64,000 bases of DNA from Candidatus Latescibacterota bacterium. Its GTDB lineage: Bacteria > Latescibacterota > UBA2968 > UBA8231. Positions 10,103 to 20,834 of the stretch are shown here, in pieces. The stretch is from NCBI GenBank assembly GCA_965248265.1, contig CBDFJF010000001.1, forward strand, positions 1,952,001-2,016,000. Direction: 5' to 3'. How positions within the stretch are numbered: the first letter of the stretch is position 1; each line of letters begins with the position of its first letter. The position numbers were made by a program, and so were the translations under genes. The notes beneath the pieces are model-generated. The model was given only the letters and a program-made list of their open reading frames with translations. It did no database searches and was not told where the DNA came from.

Positions 10103-11470
10103 TCACTCATCTCCCCCGACTTCATTCTCCGTCGAAAGCAGGAGTGCGAAGGCCACTCCCTGGAAGAGCCAGAAATACGTACGGATCACCGGATGATAGA
10201 GCCCATCCCACTCGAGAAACATTGCACCGCACGCCAGCAGGGAAAGCGCCAAAGTGCGCCGCTGCCCGGGCCGGGCTTCGGGGATCCCAGCGCCGTGTCG
10301 TATCAGCCCGATCCAGATATAACCGCACAGGATCGCAAAGATCGCCACCCCCAGGACTCCTCTCTCTGCGAGCATGATCAGGTACATATTGTCTGCCGTT
10401 TTCACGGTGCCACCGTGCGCCTCGACATCTGACCGGACGTAATTGTCGCGTACCTCGGTATAACGCCCGGTACCGACTCCAATGAGGGGGGACGAGCGCA
10501 GCATCTCGCCCGCCACGCGATATTGCGATAACCGGTAGGCCAGCGACGTGCCGCTCAGAACATTCTGCACGACGCGTCGGGCAATTAAATCCGTAACGTC
10601 TGTCGCAGACGTCCGCTCCTGCAAGCCAATCGTCCTCATACCTCCCCATACGACCGACCACCCCAGAAGCAGACAGACACCGGTCGTCAGGAGATATTGC
10701 CGGTCTTCCGAGAGGCGGCGTCTCACCGGGCGATACAGGAGTACTGCAACGAGCACCATTCCTCCTACGGCCCAGCCACCACGAGAAAGCGCAAACAGGA
10801 CGCAGGCGATGTGTGCCCCCGCTGCCACCAGCCACCCCATGCGCTCCAGGGGGCGGGGCGAACTCTCGTACCGTTGAACACAGAGAGGCATGGACATGCA
10901 CAGCAACGTTGCCAGTGGAATCGGGTTTCCCACTGTTGAGGTGGCCTGGTCGGGGGTGAAATACGGATTGTTGGAAAGGTACCACTCTTCAAACAGCGGA
11001 TTTGAGCCATGGACGACTTCGATGACCCCGTAGACGGATATCGCCGTGCCGATCAAAGCCACCCAAGACAGCAGACCATGCAACTCCCGGGCCTCGCGGA
11101 AGGCAACCGGCACAAGCACCATAACGGTGACTCCAGTCGCTGCATAGTGGACCGATCGTCCGAGCCCCAACCAGTTGCCGGTTACAACCGATCCCAGCGT
11201 CATCTGAATCGTGTAGAGGGCTGCCAGGATAAGGACTGTCTTGCCAGCACGTGAGGCTGTCAGAATCGAAAGGTGCTTTGCTCCCATGAGCGCCAGAACG
11301 CAGCAGCCCAGTGTCGGCAAGTATTTGAGGACTGGTATGCTCGTCCCTGCGAACGAGATGGGCGGCAGGTAGTAGAATGGGACAAGGCCAGCGTAGATGA
11401 TGAGAACGCGGACCCCCCATCTCAGTCCATGTATGCCTGACACCACAGCTCTAATGCGACGAGCGCCCAT
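10103..11470 (-). CDS. O-antigen ligase / Wzy_C-domain membrane protein
   Basis: Multi-TM; STVGNPIPLA, ALSRGGW, YRLSQYRVAGEMLRSSPLIGVGTG, TADNMYLIMLAERGVLG; start uncertain (possibly ATG 11420 with a G-run indel). Confidence 0.85.
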   Translation of the reverse strand: MGARRIRAVVSGIHGLRWGVRVLIIYAGLVPFYYLPPISFAGTSIPVLKYLPTLGCCVLALMGAKHLSILTASRAGKTVLILAALYTIQMTLGSVVTGNWLGLGRSVHYAATGVTVMVLVPVAFREARELHGLLSWVALIGTAISVYGVIEVVHGSNPLFEEWYLSNNPYFTPDQATSTVGNPIPLATLLCMSMPLCVQRYESSPRPLERMGWLVAAGAHIACVLFALSRGGWAVGGMVLVAVLLYRPVRRRLSEDRQYLLTTGVCLLLGWSVVWGGMRTIGLQERTSATDVTDLIARRVVQNVLSGTSLAYRLSQYRVAGEMLRSSPLIGVGTGRYTEVRDNYVRSDVEAHGGTVKTADNMYLIMLAERGVLGVAIFAILCGYIWIGLIRHGAGIPEARPGQRRTLALSLLACGAMFLEWDGLYHPVIRTYFWLFQGVAFALLLSTENEVGGDE

Positions 11471-13302
11471 ACATGCAGAGAGTTGTCTCGTTTACCCGAT
11501 CTCTGCATCCGCACGAGATTCGTCACCGCGGAGGGGTTGAAAAGTCCACGGGAGCGGACCCGCTGCGTCGACAGTGTATCTTCCACGAGCGGGGCAAGAT
11601 CGTCCCGCAGCCACATTCCGATTGGCGGGTTCAGCCCGATCTTCCCGCTTCTTGTTACTTCTTCGGGCAGCAGCTCTTCGAAGGCCTTCCGTAAGATCCA
11701 CTTGGTCTGCCTGCCGGAGAGCTTCAACTGACCGGAAATCGAAGCCGCCGTTTCGACGACTTTGTGATCGGTGAATGGCACCCGGAGTTCGAGTCCATGC
11801 GCCATACTCATCCGGTCCGAATATTGCAGTACGTTGAACGGTAGAAACGAGTGCAGATCCACATAAGATGCCCGTAGTGCGGGATCGTGCACTTCAGGTA
11901 CATCGTAGAGTGCACGTACAAATTCTCCTGAATCGGACCCGTGCGTCGCATTCTGAAACCAGGGCTCATACAACTCATGCTTATCGTTATCGCTTAGATA
12001 CCCAACCCAGTCCAGACATCGCTCGCCCGGCTTCAGGGGAAGAGCTCGGAGGAACTGGCGCAGACGCCGGGTAGTGTGGTGGCCCGACCTGCTCTCTGGA
12101 ATCAGTTCGACTGCGCGCGCCATCGCCGGACTCAGTTGTCGCAGCACTCCCAGTCTATCTGCGATTCGCGCCCCAAGGTAACGAGGGTACCCCAGAAAAA
12201 CTTCGTCCCCGCCGTCCCCGGCCAGAGCGACACTCACGTGCTCTTTCAACATCTTCGACAGTACGAAAATCAGCACAGCGGTGGGATTCCCAAAAGGCTG
12301 ATCGAATTGGGTGACAACCTCGGGCACTACTTCGGCAACCCGGAAGTCCACTTCCAACTCACGATGGTGCGTACCGAAATGTTGTGCCACCCGACGAGCT
12401 GCATCTCTCTCGTCGTATCTGCGTCCCTCGGCGCCAAATCCTATTGTGAAACTGTTTACCTTCTCTCCGGTTTGTGCCAGCAGACCTACCACGACCGAAG
12501 AATCAAGGCCCCCGCTGAGCAGCGCTCCGATCGGGACATCAGACACTCGCCGAATGTCTACCGCCTCACGAACACCTTTCTGCACGGCGAAGATGGCCTC
12601 TTCTTCATCCAGAATCGTCTCCGAGAACTGCACGTCCCAGTATCGTTCTATCCTGAGTGTGCCTCCGCGCCACTTCAGCCAGTGGCCAGGCGGCAATTCG
12701 TGAATCCCCTCAAATGCTGTCCTTGGCGGCGGTATATACAGGTAGGTCAGATAGTCATGGATCGCCACGGGATCGAGGCGGCGCTCCGCCTGACTGTAGC
12801 AGAGCAGGGCTTTGATCTCGCTTGCGAACAGCAGTCGGTTGCCGTGGATCATGTAATACAAAGGTTTGACGCCGATCCGATCCCGGACCAGAACCAGCTC
12901 GCTCTCTTCTTTGTCCCAGATGGCGAAGGCGAACATCCCACGGAGTCGATCGAGACAGCCGAGGCCCATCTCTTCCCAGAGGTGGACGATCACCTCCGAG
13001 TCCGTTCGCGATTTCATTCTGTGACCACGCTCAAGCAGATCCTCACGCAGTCCCAGAAAGTTGTAGATCTCTCCATTGTAGGTCAGCCAGAAGCGCTCGC
13101 GTTCATCGGTCATCGGCTGCCTGCCAGCTGGCGACAGGTCGATGATACTGAGCCTCCGATGGCCTATTCCAGCCGCCGTCTCGGCGGTACCTGGAAAAAG
13201 GACCTCTCCCCCGTCATCTGGCCCGCGATGCGCTAAAGCTTCACACATTCGGCTGAGAAGGGGGCCATCTGCCAATCCGACCATGCCCGCAATACCGCAC
13301 AC
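11422..13302 (-). CDS. asnB: asparagine synthase (glutamine-hydrolysing)-like amidotransferase
   Basis: (M)CGIAG, HRGPD, GHRRLSIIDLS, NGEIYN, LSGGLDSS, GDGGDEVFLGY. Confidence 0.95.
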   Translation of the reverse strand: MCGIAGMVGLADGPLLSRMCEALAHRGPDDGGEVLFPGTAETAAGIGHRRLSIIDLSPAGRQPMTDERERFWLTYNGEIYNFLGLREDLLERGHRMKSRTDSEVIVHLWEEMGLGCLDRLRGMFAFAIWDKEESELVLVRDRIGVKPLYYMIHGNRLLFASEIKALLCYSQAERRLDPVAIHDYLTYLYIPPPRTAFEGIHELPPGHWLKWRGGTLRIERYWDVQFSETILDEEEAIFAVQKGVREAVDIRRVSDVPIGALLSGGLDSSVVVGLLAQTGEKVNSFTIGFGAEGRRYDERDAARRVAQHFGTHHRELEVDFRVAEVVPEVVTQFDQPFGNPTAVLIFVLSKMLKEHVSVALAGDGGDEVFLGYPRYLGARIADRLGVLRQLSPAMARAVELIPESRSGHHTTRRLRQFLRALPLKPGERCLDWVGYLSDNDKHELYEPWFQNATHGSDSGEFVRALYDVPEVHDPALRASYVDLHSFLPFNVLQYSDRMSMAHGLELRVPFTDHKVVETAASISGQLKLSGRQTKWILRKAFEELLPEEVTRSGKIGLNPPIGMWLRDDLAPLVEDTLSTQRVRSRGLFNPSAVTNLVRMQRSGKRDNSLHVWALVALELWCQAYMD

Positions 13303-13307
13303 TCGAG

Positions 13308-14423
13308 TTACCCAGCCACCTCTTCCAGCAACTGCACGAGGTTTTCTGCTGTTCTCGACCAACGGAAGCTGGAGACTCTTTTTTTGCCGGACATGATAAG
13401 ACGTTCACGCTGCTCGTCATCGGTAAGCAGCGCCGACATGGCGGTCGCCATCGCATCGACGCTGAACGGGTCGAAGTATAATGCTGCATCCCCTGCTACT
13501 TCCCGACACACAGGTATGTCAGAGCACGCCAGAGGCACGCCGCTCTGCATGGCCTCTAGGATGGGGTGCCCGAAGGTTTCCAGGTATGATGGAAAGACGC
13601 AGAGCGCTGCCCGTGTGTAGTATTCGCCCACGTCCTTGTATGGAACAGCGCCGACAAGATTGACGCGGTCGCCGAGCTCGAAGCGTCGGATGGTCTCGGT
13701 CATCTCGTCCCAGTGACTGCTGTCCAGATTTCTGCCGACAATCAGAAGCTGCTCAGGCCGTCCCTCCCGTATGAGTCGTGCGTAGGCCTCGATGAGGCGC
13801 ACGAAGTTCTTGTAACGATAGATTGACGAAACGGACAGGATGTACGGCTCGTTGGCGTCAAGTCTCCGAGCTTCTTTTCGGTCGCCGAAATTCTCGGCTA
13901 TGCCGTGGTGAATCACCCGTGACGGTATGTGGTGTAGTGAGAAAGCATCCATGTAATGCCTCGACGAAGCAGCCGAGACGTAAACGAGTGCATCTGCTCT
14001 TCTGGCCGAGAGTCGGGAAATCAGCCGTAATAGCCGCAGTCGCCAACGCTGCGCGATTTCCCATTCAATGCCGGTGGCCACGGTGTTGGGGTTCCGAAGC
14101 ATGAGTATGATTTTGGTCCGACCAGGTGCTAGGAGGGGTCCGACATCCGCCGGACATATGATCGCGGCAGCTCGGAGCTTCCATGCCATCAAGGGAAGAA
14201 TCACCTGCTCGAAGATGAGCCTCACGGCCAGCGAGTGACCCGCGGGAACGGCGATCACCCGAATCCCCTGAGCGTCGACCGCCCTGAGCTTTCGCGCTGC
14301 GGAACGATCGACGACCACGTAGTACCGGTGCTGCAAGACTCGCGCCAGTTCCGGGAGGATGTTATGGATATAGGTCCATCCTCCGCCAATTGACGCGGAG
14401 AGACAATTCAGAACTATGGTCAC
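13308..14423 (-). CDS. glycosyltransferase family 4
   Basis: YKN, FPSYLETFGHPILEAMQSGVPLACSD; GTG 14423 overlaps the upstream stop. Confidence 0.9.
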   Translation of the reverse strand: MTIVLNCLSASIGGGWTYIHNILPELARVLQHRYYVVVDRSAARKLRAVDAQGIRVIAVPAGHSLAVRLIFEQVILPLMAWKLRAAAIICPADVGPLLAPGRTKIILMLRNPNTVATGIEWEIAQRWRLRLLRLISRLSARRADALVYVSAASSRHYMDAFSLHHIPSRVIHHGIAENFGDRKEARRLDANEPYILSVSSIYRYKNFVRLIEAYARLIREGRPEQLLIVGRNLDSSHWDEMTETIRRFELGDRVNLVGAVPYKDVGEYYTRAALCVFPSYLETFGHPILEAMQSGVPLACSDIPVCREVAGDAALYFDPFSVDAMATAMSALLTDDEQRERLIMSGKKRVSSFRWSRTAENLVQLLEEVAG

Positions 14424-15793
14424 TGAATGTCTTTGATTTGAGTCTTGAGCCACATAAGTACGCCGGTGAAAAACCAGAATGGCATGAGCCGTGCGGAATC
14501 GCTCAACGTAGGGTGACCCTTGATGGCCACGAAAATCACCGCAATCTGCAGTGCCGCCAGCGTCACTGCATGCGGGAGCGCATGCGTCCCTCGAGTATCT
14601 CGAACCGCAGACAGACCGGCAGCTAGAGCGCAGGTCCAAAATCCGCAGTAAGCAAGCAGGTGGAGTGGACCGCCTTCGACGAGCAGCATGACGATCCCGC
14701 TGTCGGAGCTGACCCCCGTGGAAACGGGCAGGTTCGGACTCAGCAGCCGCACTTGCCCGTAGGTACCAACTCCCTGACCCAGCGCGCCCGCCACGTGCAC
14801 AGCCCGCAGAGTGTCATCAACCAGCCATCCTGCCCTCAGCCAAATCTCGGTGGTCAGAGTGTATGCGAAGAAGTCGACCCAGGTCGCTAGACTTGCCGAC
14901 AGGTAGGGGAATATCGCCACGACCAGGAGAGCGGCGACGCCGGCTCCTAGCATCAGTCCGCGGCGAATGCCTCGGATACGCTGTCCTGTTCGATCGCTGA
15001 GCCGGGCCGACATCTGCACCGCCGTGAGCATGCCGACCACTGCCACGAGTAGGATCAATCGTCGACCCGAAAGGAGCACGGCCAACAGACCTGCGCTCAT
15101 CAACAACCACGCGCGCCGGTCGCCGTTGACCGCCAGTGCTCCGGCGAGAAAGGTTAGAATCAACGACATGAAGGCCATGCGATCCGCCGACAGGAACCAC
15201 GCCGCGGCCAACGGCACCGATCCCTTGTAATGACTGTGAAATAAATGTGCCGCTGCACCGGGGAGAAATAGCGACTCAAGAGCCTCGGGCATCAGTGCCG
15301 TGACGCCGTCGTACCCCAGCAGGATCTGTGCCGTGGCAGTCACCGCTATCGGCACGGCAAACCAGCACAGAGCCCGGCTGAATCGCGAAAGCCCACTCAT
15401 ATCCCGAAAGCACATCAGCCCGACACAGACCATTGGCACGTAGAAGAGGTCGTTTCGCAAAACCACCATCTTCCCGAGTGGTCCTGCGGGTGAGAGAGTG
15501 AGCATCAGAAGGACCCAGGCGGCGAATCCGCTGTAGAGCAGGACAAGAGGTATCCGAGGCATGCTCCGACGCCCCCAGGCGACATGAAACAGCATCGACA
15601 GGTAGGTGAGACCGATCAGGCCGTCCCTCAACAACTGGACCCACAGCGCGTCGCCGGGAAGGAGCTTGCGTGCTACATCCTCCAGCAGGAGGGCGCCGAA
15701 AGCGAGCCACACCCCAACCCGCCAATCATGTAGGATGAACACGACCAACGACAGACACGCAATTCCCACCAACACCGCTCCCTGTCCATCCAT
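14420..15793 (-). CDS. putative O-antigen polymerase (Wzy-like) membrane protein
   Basis: About 11 hydrophobic segments, LSGRR, GQGVG...DSG loop; position among GTs. Confidence 0.7.
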   Translation of the reverse strand: MDGQGAVLVGIACLSLVVFILHDWRVGVWLAFGALLLEDVARKLLPGDALWVQLLRDGLIGLTYLSMLFHVAWGRRSMPRIPLVLLYSGFAAWVLLMLTLSPAGPLGKMVVLRNDLFYVPMVCVGLMCFRDMSGLSRFSRALCWFAVPIAVTATAQILLGYDGVTALMPEALESLFLPGAAAHLFHSHYKGSVPLAAAWFLSADRMAFMSLILTFLAGALAVNGDRRAWLLMSAGLLAVLLSGRRLILLVAVVGMLTAVQMSARLSDRTGQRIRGIRRGLMLGAGVAALLVVAIFPYLSASLATWVDFFAYTLTTEIWLRAGWLVDDTLRAVHVAGALGQGVGTYGQVRLLSPNLPVSTGVSSDSGIVMLLVEGGPLHLLAYCGFWTCALAAGLSAVRDTRGTHALPHAVTLAALQIAVIFVAIKGHPTLSDSARLMPFWFFTGVLMWLKTQIKDIQ

Positions 15794-15805
15794 CGCTTTC
15801 TACTC

Positions 15806-15982
15806 TCAGGGCTCACCGACAATTCCGGCTGGAAGCAAGGCCCGCAGGACGGGTCCTGCAAGATCGCTGAACTGCCGGAAATACATCACATATACGAACA
15901 AGGCCCAGAGCGAGAAGGCCACAGCTCCGCACCACTCCCATTTGGACGGCCGCCGCCTCGCTTCGTCTGACTCAGTTGACAT
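15806..15982 (-). CDS. small single-TM hypothetical protein
   Basis: GGAAGAGG RBS before ATG 15982; MSTESDEARRRPSKWEWCGAVAFSLWALFVYVMYFRQF; fills the operon gap. Confidence 0.55.
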   Translation of the reverse strand: MSTESDEARRRPSKWEWCGAVAFSLWALFVYVMYFRQFSDLAGPVLRALLPAGIVGEP

Positions 15983-17345
15983 GTCCTCTTCCAACGACCC
16001 ATCGAAATTTTCCGGAAGGATCTGGTGAGAGATGGTCGACGACGGACAACTCGACGTGCATATCGCCGAGATGCTCCGTGAACTGCTTCTCCAGTTTAGC
16101 GCCTTCGCTGGACGTCAGCGGGCGTCTCGTTTCCAGCTTCACCGTTATCTGCCCTGGACCCGTCTCGACAATTCGGTACTTTCTGACAGCTGGTTGGTAG
16201 CGCATGATGTAGTCGAAGAGTTCTGGGTGCACATACTCGCCGTTGGGCCGCCTGATCAGGTCGTTGTCCCGCCCGACCAGGCTTTTCATCACGGAAAGCT
16301 CGCGACCGCATGAGCATCTCTCTGTCGACAATGAGCCGACGTCACCAATCCGATAGCGTAGTAGAGGCAATCCAAAACTCCGGAGATGCGTTACGACGAG
16401 ATACCCGGCTCCATCTGCGGCCGACTCACCGCCTTCGATCTCTGTCAGTATCGTCTCGTCCGCAAGATGCAGCGATCCGTTCTGACACTCGTTTGCCATC
16501 ACCCCTGCCTCGACAGAGCCGTACTCGCTGACCAGGCGGCACCCGAAGACCTCCTCGATGAGTTGCCGCTGATTCGGGTATAGTGTCTCGGACGTGTACA
16601 TTGCGACAACGGGTGCTGCGCCATCTATCGACAGCGCATGGTCGCGGATGAAGTCAGCAAAGACATACAGCGCCGTACCGTACCCGAAGAGGATCCTGGG
16701 CCGCTCACGGATCAGGATTCTGTAGCTCTCCATCAGGTAGCGCTCGGAAAGTTCAAAAGCGGATCGAATATGAACGGCGAGAGCCCTGTCTTTGAGGAGA
16801 TGCACTTGCTGCAGAAGCCGACCAGAAACTGACCGGTCGAAGGGCGAGCGATCACCCCAGAGCCTGAGCTCTCGGTCGCCGATATCGATCCCCCACCATC
16901 GCCGCCCGCGGATCATGTTGGCCAGATGATAAGACAGGGCAACCGCGCTTAACCGAAAAGAGACAGGCTCCCCAGTGGACCCGCTGGTCCTGACGGTGCA
17001 CATGCGACCATCCGGCTCTGTAGAATACAGATCGGCCATTCGGGCTCGCAGATCTTCCTTTGTGAGTATCGGAAAGGACGAAAAATCCTCGATGCAGCAG
17101 AAGTCTCCCGGTTCCGCTCCGAGTATCTCGAATTGCTCCCTGTAATAGGGGGAAGAATGATAGCAGTGATCGAGGAGAGCGCGCAGGCTGCTCCATTGCA
17201 GCTCACGGAGTTGCTCCTTGGAGTACCATTGCGACCTGTCCAGCGCGCGCAGAACGGCGGGCGTTTTCCTGGCCAGGAGTCGTTCCTTGATAGGAAAGAG
17301 ACACTTTCTAGCTATCCGGGCGCGCACGTCATCCTCCCATCGCAT
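15972..17345 (-). CDS. phenylacetate-CoA ligase family (CapK-like) adenylate-forming protein
   Basis: FPILTKEDLR, RTSGSTGEP, EYGSVEAG, PLLRYRIGD, CSCGR, GRDND. Confidence 0.92.
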   Translation of the reverse strand: MRWEDDVRARIARKCLFPIKERLLARKTPAVLRALDRSQWYSKEQLRELQWSSLRALLDHCYHSSPYYREQFEILGAEPGDFCCIEDFSSFPILTKEDLRARMADLYSTEPDGRMCTVRTSGSTGEPVSFRLSAVALSYHLANMIRGRRWWGIDIGDRELRLWGDRSPFDRSVSGRLLQQVHLLKDRALAVHIRSAFELSERYLMESYRILIRERPRILFGYGTALYVFADFIRDHALSIDGAAPVVAMYTSETLYPNQRQLIEEVFGCRLVSEYGSVEAGVMANECQNGSLHLADETILTEIEGGESAADGAGYLVVTHLRSFGLPLLRYRIGDVGSLSTERCSCGRELSVMKSLVGRDNDLIRRPNGEYVHPELFDYIMRYQPAVRKYRIVETGPGQITVKLETRRPLTSSEGAKLEKQFTEHLGDMHVELSVVDHLSPDPSGKFRWVVGRGHVN

Positions 17346-17530
17346 GTTGCCGCTGCAGTTGTTTGTAGAGAATACCAGGCCACGGTTTCGATGGCGAAAC
17401 GCTTTAGTATCGTTTCGCGGGCACATGTCCCCAACGTCGCACGCCGAGCGGGATCAAGCAGCAAACCGACCAACGTATCGGCGAACTTTTCTGGATTTCC
17501 TTGTAACCCCGTTTGGCGATCTCGGGCGGG
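17312..17530 (-). pseudogene. C-terminal relic of a GT4 glycosyltransferase
   Basis: RDRQTGLQGNPEKFADTLVGLLLDPARRATLGTCARETILKRFAIETVA matches GT4 C-terminal helices; the rest is absent. Confidence 0.6.
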
Positions 17531-17541
17531 CGGACACTTCT

Positions 17542-19095
17542 CTACCTCTTTAAGATGGGCAGAAACACCTCGATCTCGTCCAGACTCAGTCGGCAACTCT
17601 CACCATGCGTGTCGATTCCAACCATCACCACTCTCCTCGGGGTACGCGCCTCACTATCAAACAGGCCACCGTGCTTGGTCACCTCCTCGATGTCTGGCGT
17701 GCTCAAGCACGTCCACTCAGATCCCACTACTTGGGGCGCCGACCTAACGACGCCGTGAGTCGTTCCATAGTCCACACCGACAACAATCGAGACTCTGCTC
17801 TTCCACCCTTCGTCGTTCCGCGCGTAGAGGCGGATTCCCATGGGACCGTCAACTCCTATATCACTCCCCATCCGCCAATAGTGGTAGGGCCCTCCTGTTG
17901 GCCTCCCATAATCGGCCTCGATCCGGACTGCGGCGGCTCCTTTGTAAGCAGTGGAAGATCGCCCAACAACCTGGTTGGAAGGCTCCATATTCCCCGCCCA
18001 GTGTACGGGCAACTCGACTCCGCTCTCAAAACCATTGTACTGAACGAAAGGGAGTCCCCTCCACAGTTTCTGTCCTGATGGCCCCGGGTACTTACGCTGG
18101 ACGGCCGCCAGCGTCTGCGAGAATTTTCCCCCGACGCTGGCGGACTTACCGAACATGCGGTTGGCCTGTTCGTCGCTCCCTAGAGAAAAGAGGATTTCAC
18201 CGGTCTGCATGTATGCCGCCGCTCGCTGACCAGAGGGCGCTTCTACCCTTTCCAGGAGATCCACTCCTCTCGACTGCAACCGGAGGGCTTCTTCGGCCCG
18301 GCCCTGATGATGGAGAACACTCGCAAGCCTGAGATAGTCATCTGGGGAACCCAGCGTAATCCCGAACTGCGACGCCGCCCCTGCAGCAGCGAGATACGCC
18401 TCTGCCGCAGCACCGAGATTTCCGTCAGAAAGAAGCGTCTGAGCTTCCTTCTTTTCGGAGTGAACATTCGCCAGATGCAGAAGACTCCCGACATCTGCGA
18501 TCACGAGCCCAGCCCACGCCGACAGAACCATGATCTGCCCGACTCGCCATCCTTTCCAACACGCCGTATTCGCAGCCGTGCGAGTTACGGCATAGTAGAT
18601 CAGCAGGAAAGTCACCACTGCTCCAGTGGCCCGAACTGTTGTCTCGACTGTGCCGCCGTTTCCAATCACGTGCCGTGCCAAAATCATCGCCAGGATGACT
18701 GCGCCCAACGCCGCAACCGTCAAGTCCCAGGTGACAGTTCGCGACTGTGGTTCGTCTCTCGCTCCTCCGAGTTTTGTCAGGACTGCCGATGCGATAGCGA
18801 TGCCCAAAACAGATACGCTCAACAGATCTCCGTTGGAAGTCTGTGAACCAATGTTGTATTGGGCTATCAGGTAGGAGTAGACCAGTGCCAACAGTAACGC
18901 CGCGTGCCATGCCCCCTGTGTCGTAAGAGGAATCCCGCGTGCCAGTCCCCTCCACACTGGTACCAGCCCGAGACCGGCGACAATCAGGACTTCGCGAAGC
19001 AGTTCCGTCCACTCAGGGCGACGACCAAGAAAAACCAACGCCCATGGCAGGACGCATAGCATCGCGGCGCTGGCCACTTTCGCTGTCTGTTTCAA
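17542..19095 (-). CDS. multi-TM membrane protein with TPR-like repeats and a C-terminal CBM-like beta-sandwich
   Basis: About 7 TM, helical repeats (YLRLASVLHHQGRAEEA, YMQTGEILFSLGSDEQA), then NGFESG...AYKGAAAVRI...LSLDEIEVF; start uncertain (19095-19160). Confidence 0.7.
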   Translation of the reverse strand: MKQTAKVASAAMLCVLPWALVFLGRRPEWTELLREVLIVAGLGLVPVWRGLARGIPLTTQGAWHAALLLALVYSYLIAQYNIGSQTSNGDLLSVSVLGIAIASAVLTKLGGARDEPQSRTVTWDLTVAALGAVILAMILARHVIGNGGTVETTVRATGAVVTFLLIYYAVTRTAANTACWKGWRVGQIMVLSAWAGLVIADVGSLLHLANVHSEKKEAQTLLSDGNLGAAAEAYLAAAGAASQFGITLGSPDDYLRLASVLHHQGRAEEALRLQSRGVDLLERVEAPSGQRAAAYMQTGEILFSLGSDEQANRMFGKSASVGGKFSQTLAAVQRKYPGPSGQKLWRGLPFVQYNGFESGVELPVHWAGNMEPSNQVVGRSSTAYKGAAAVRIEADYGRPTGGPYHYWRMGSDIGVDGPMGIRLYARNDEGWKSRVSIVVGVDYGTTHGVVRSAPQVVGSEWTCLSTPDIEEVTKHGGLFDSEARTPRRVVMVGIDTHGESCRLSLDEIEVFLPILKR

Positions 19096-19156
19096 GAGGA
19101 GGGATCCACAGCGGCCTTCAGCAACGGCAACTGACGATTGGCCACCGTTGGCACAT

Positions 19157-20834
19157 TCACTGTCTGAGGTCGAGCCCACGCTCGATAGATAGGGACCGGC
19201 TAAAGTTGAGAATATCAAGAGTTTCGGAATCCAAGAACCGCGGTGGGTGATCGAGCTCCCGAGACTGAAAATACCTGCTCTGCGGGACGAAGCGTATAAA
19301 AAACTCCCCTCCAAGCGTCATGCGTGCAACACTCTCCTTCCCCAGCAATTCGATGGTATCGACTACCGTCAGAGACCGGCTGCTCCATTCGATCGTACGC
19401 TCAAAAGCGACGGAAACCTGTCTCTGGCCGAGGATGAGGGTTTTCCGGATTCGACCCTTCAGCCGGTGGCAGAACCCTGCGGCTCGGTCCCATCACGGCG
19501 AGAACAGAGCGAAAGAGTATATTGCGCCAGAGCGTGAACACCCGATGCGTGGGTACCCTCTGCAACCGCCCACTCACCCTCCCACCGTTGTCGTTTACCA
19601 GAACTTCGTACTCCGGGTCCACCCACTGGCTCGATACTATTGTCCCGTCCGTCAGAGTCCCGATGACTCCGCAATCATTGAATCTCAGCCTGCCGCTCGT
19701 GCGCTCGAAGACTTTTACAACCCCTCCCTTGCGATAGTTCACCAGGAGAAAGTGCTCTCCAATGGTCCTGGCCACGATGCCTCCTCTACGCAAGTGGGTC
19801 TGTGTAACCGACTTCTGGTGGGGCAACTCTGGTAACGGAGTTGTACGTTCGGCATGGTCGAGGTACGCCAGCAGGTACTCCGGTACACGATAACCGACAT
19901 ATCGGTCGGACATGATCTCCGGGGGAACCAGTCCTCCGGTGGTCAGAGACCGAAGCATCGGCTCGCAGACAGCCTGTGCCATCGGCAGGTGCCGCCCCAT
20001 GATTTCGAATCCGTGTGGATAGAAATGCAGTGTATTCCGGCTCCCCATGCTGCCGGCATAGAACCCGTTCGGGTAAACAAAATAGCCGCACACCTCTATC
20101 GATTGAGACAGGACTTTCTTGAGGCTTTCGTCGGGCCACTCCTGGTAAATCTTCGCGAGAAAAGAGACTGTGGCAGAGAGATAGCCGGGATCGATTCCGT
20201 CGTACTCTCTCGACCAGCCCTCATCGGCATCATGGTAGGTTACAAACCCACTCCACAAGTGCTCGAAATCGGCTCGCAGACTGTCGCTGCGGAGAAGAGC
20301 GGCTGCTTTCCACACGGCGAGACAGGCCATGGCGTGATGATTGGCCAGATGATCTTCTTCTTTGTCTCCAGAGGCGATGAAGTCGGCGGCCCTCCCGATC
20401 GCCCCGCGAACGCGGTTACGTACTTCCTCACCCATTCCCTCCTCGAGGAGACGATAACTCTCGACCGCCGTATAGGTCGTAAAGGCCGTGGGGCCAACCC
20501 AACCACGCTCGTATGGGTAGAACTCGTCAAAGGAGCCATCGCGATGCTGAATTGAGGCCCAGAAGTCCAACCCCGCAATCGCCCATTCCAGGACGCGTTC
20601 GTTGTGATAGTACTGACTCCCCGGAAACTTATGGCTATAGACGAGGGCCAGGGCGTGCACACCAAACTGTCGCACCGCGTCGGGAAAGTCGGATACCTTG
20701 TCCAGCCAATAATCGTGGTGCAGACAACCGTAAGTCGGAGAGAACGGGTCTCTGTCTTGATTGCCCAACAGTCTCGGAACCTGACTCAACGCATGCTGAG
20801 CGTACACCTCCGGTGGGCTATAGCCGGAACTCAT
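19157..20834 (-). CDS. conserved hypothetical protein (probable alpha/alpha-toroid N-terminus), frameshifted near 19485
   Basis: ORF 19401..20834 (DRDPFSPTYGC, QHRDGSFDEFYP, ANHHA, EYDGIDPGY) continues in another frame (GFCHRLKGRIRKTLILG...FVPQSRYFQ) to the stop at 19157. Confidence 0.75.

Noticed and set aside
8865-10106. Apparent membrane-domain/methyltransferase fusion (413 aa)
   Set aside because: Read-through created by the frameshift in the upstream flippase-like relic; the methyltransferase has its own coupled ATG at 9635.
12076-13236. 386-aa plus-strand ORF
   Set aside because: Antisense shadow of asnB.
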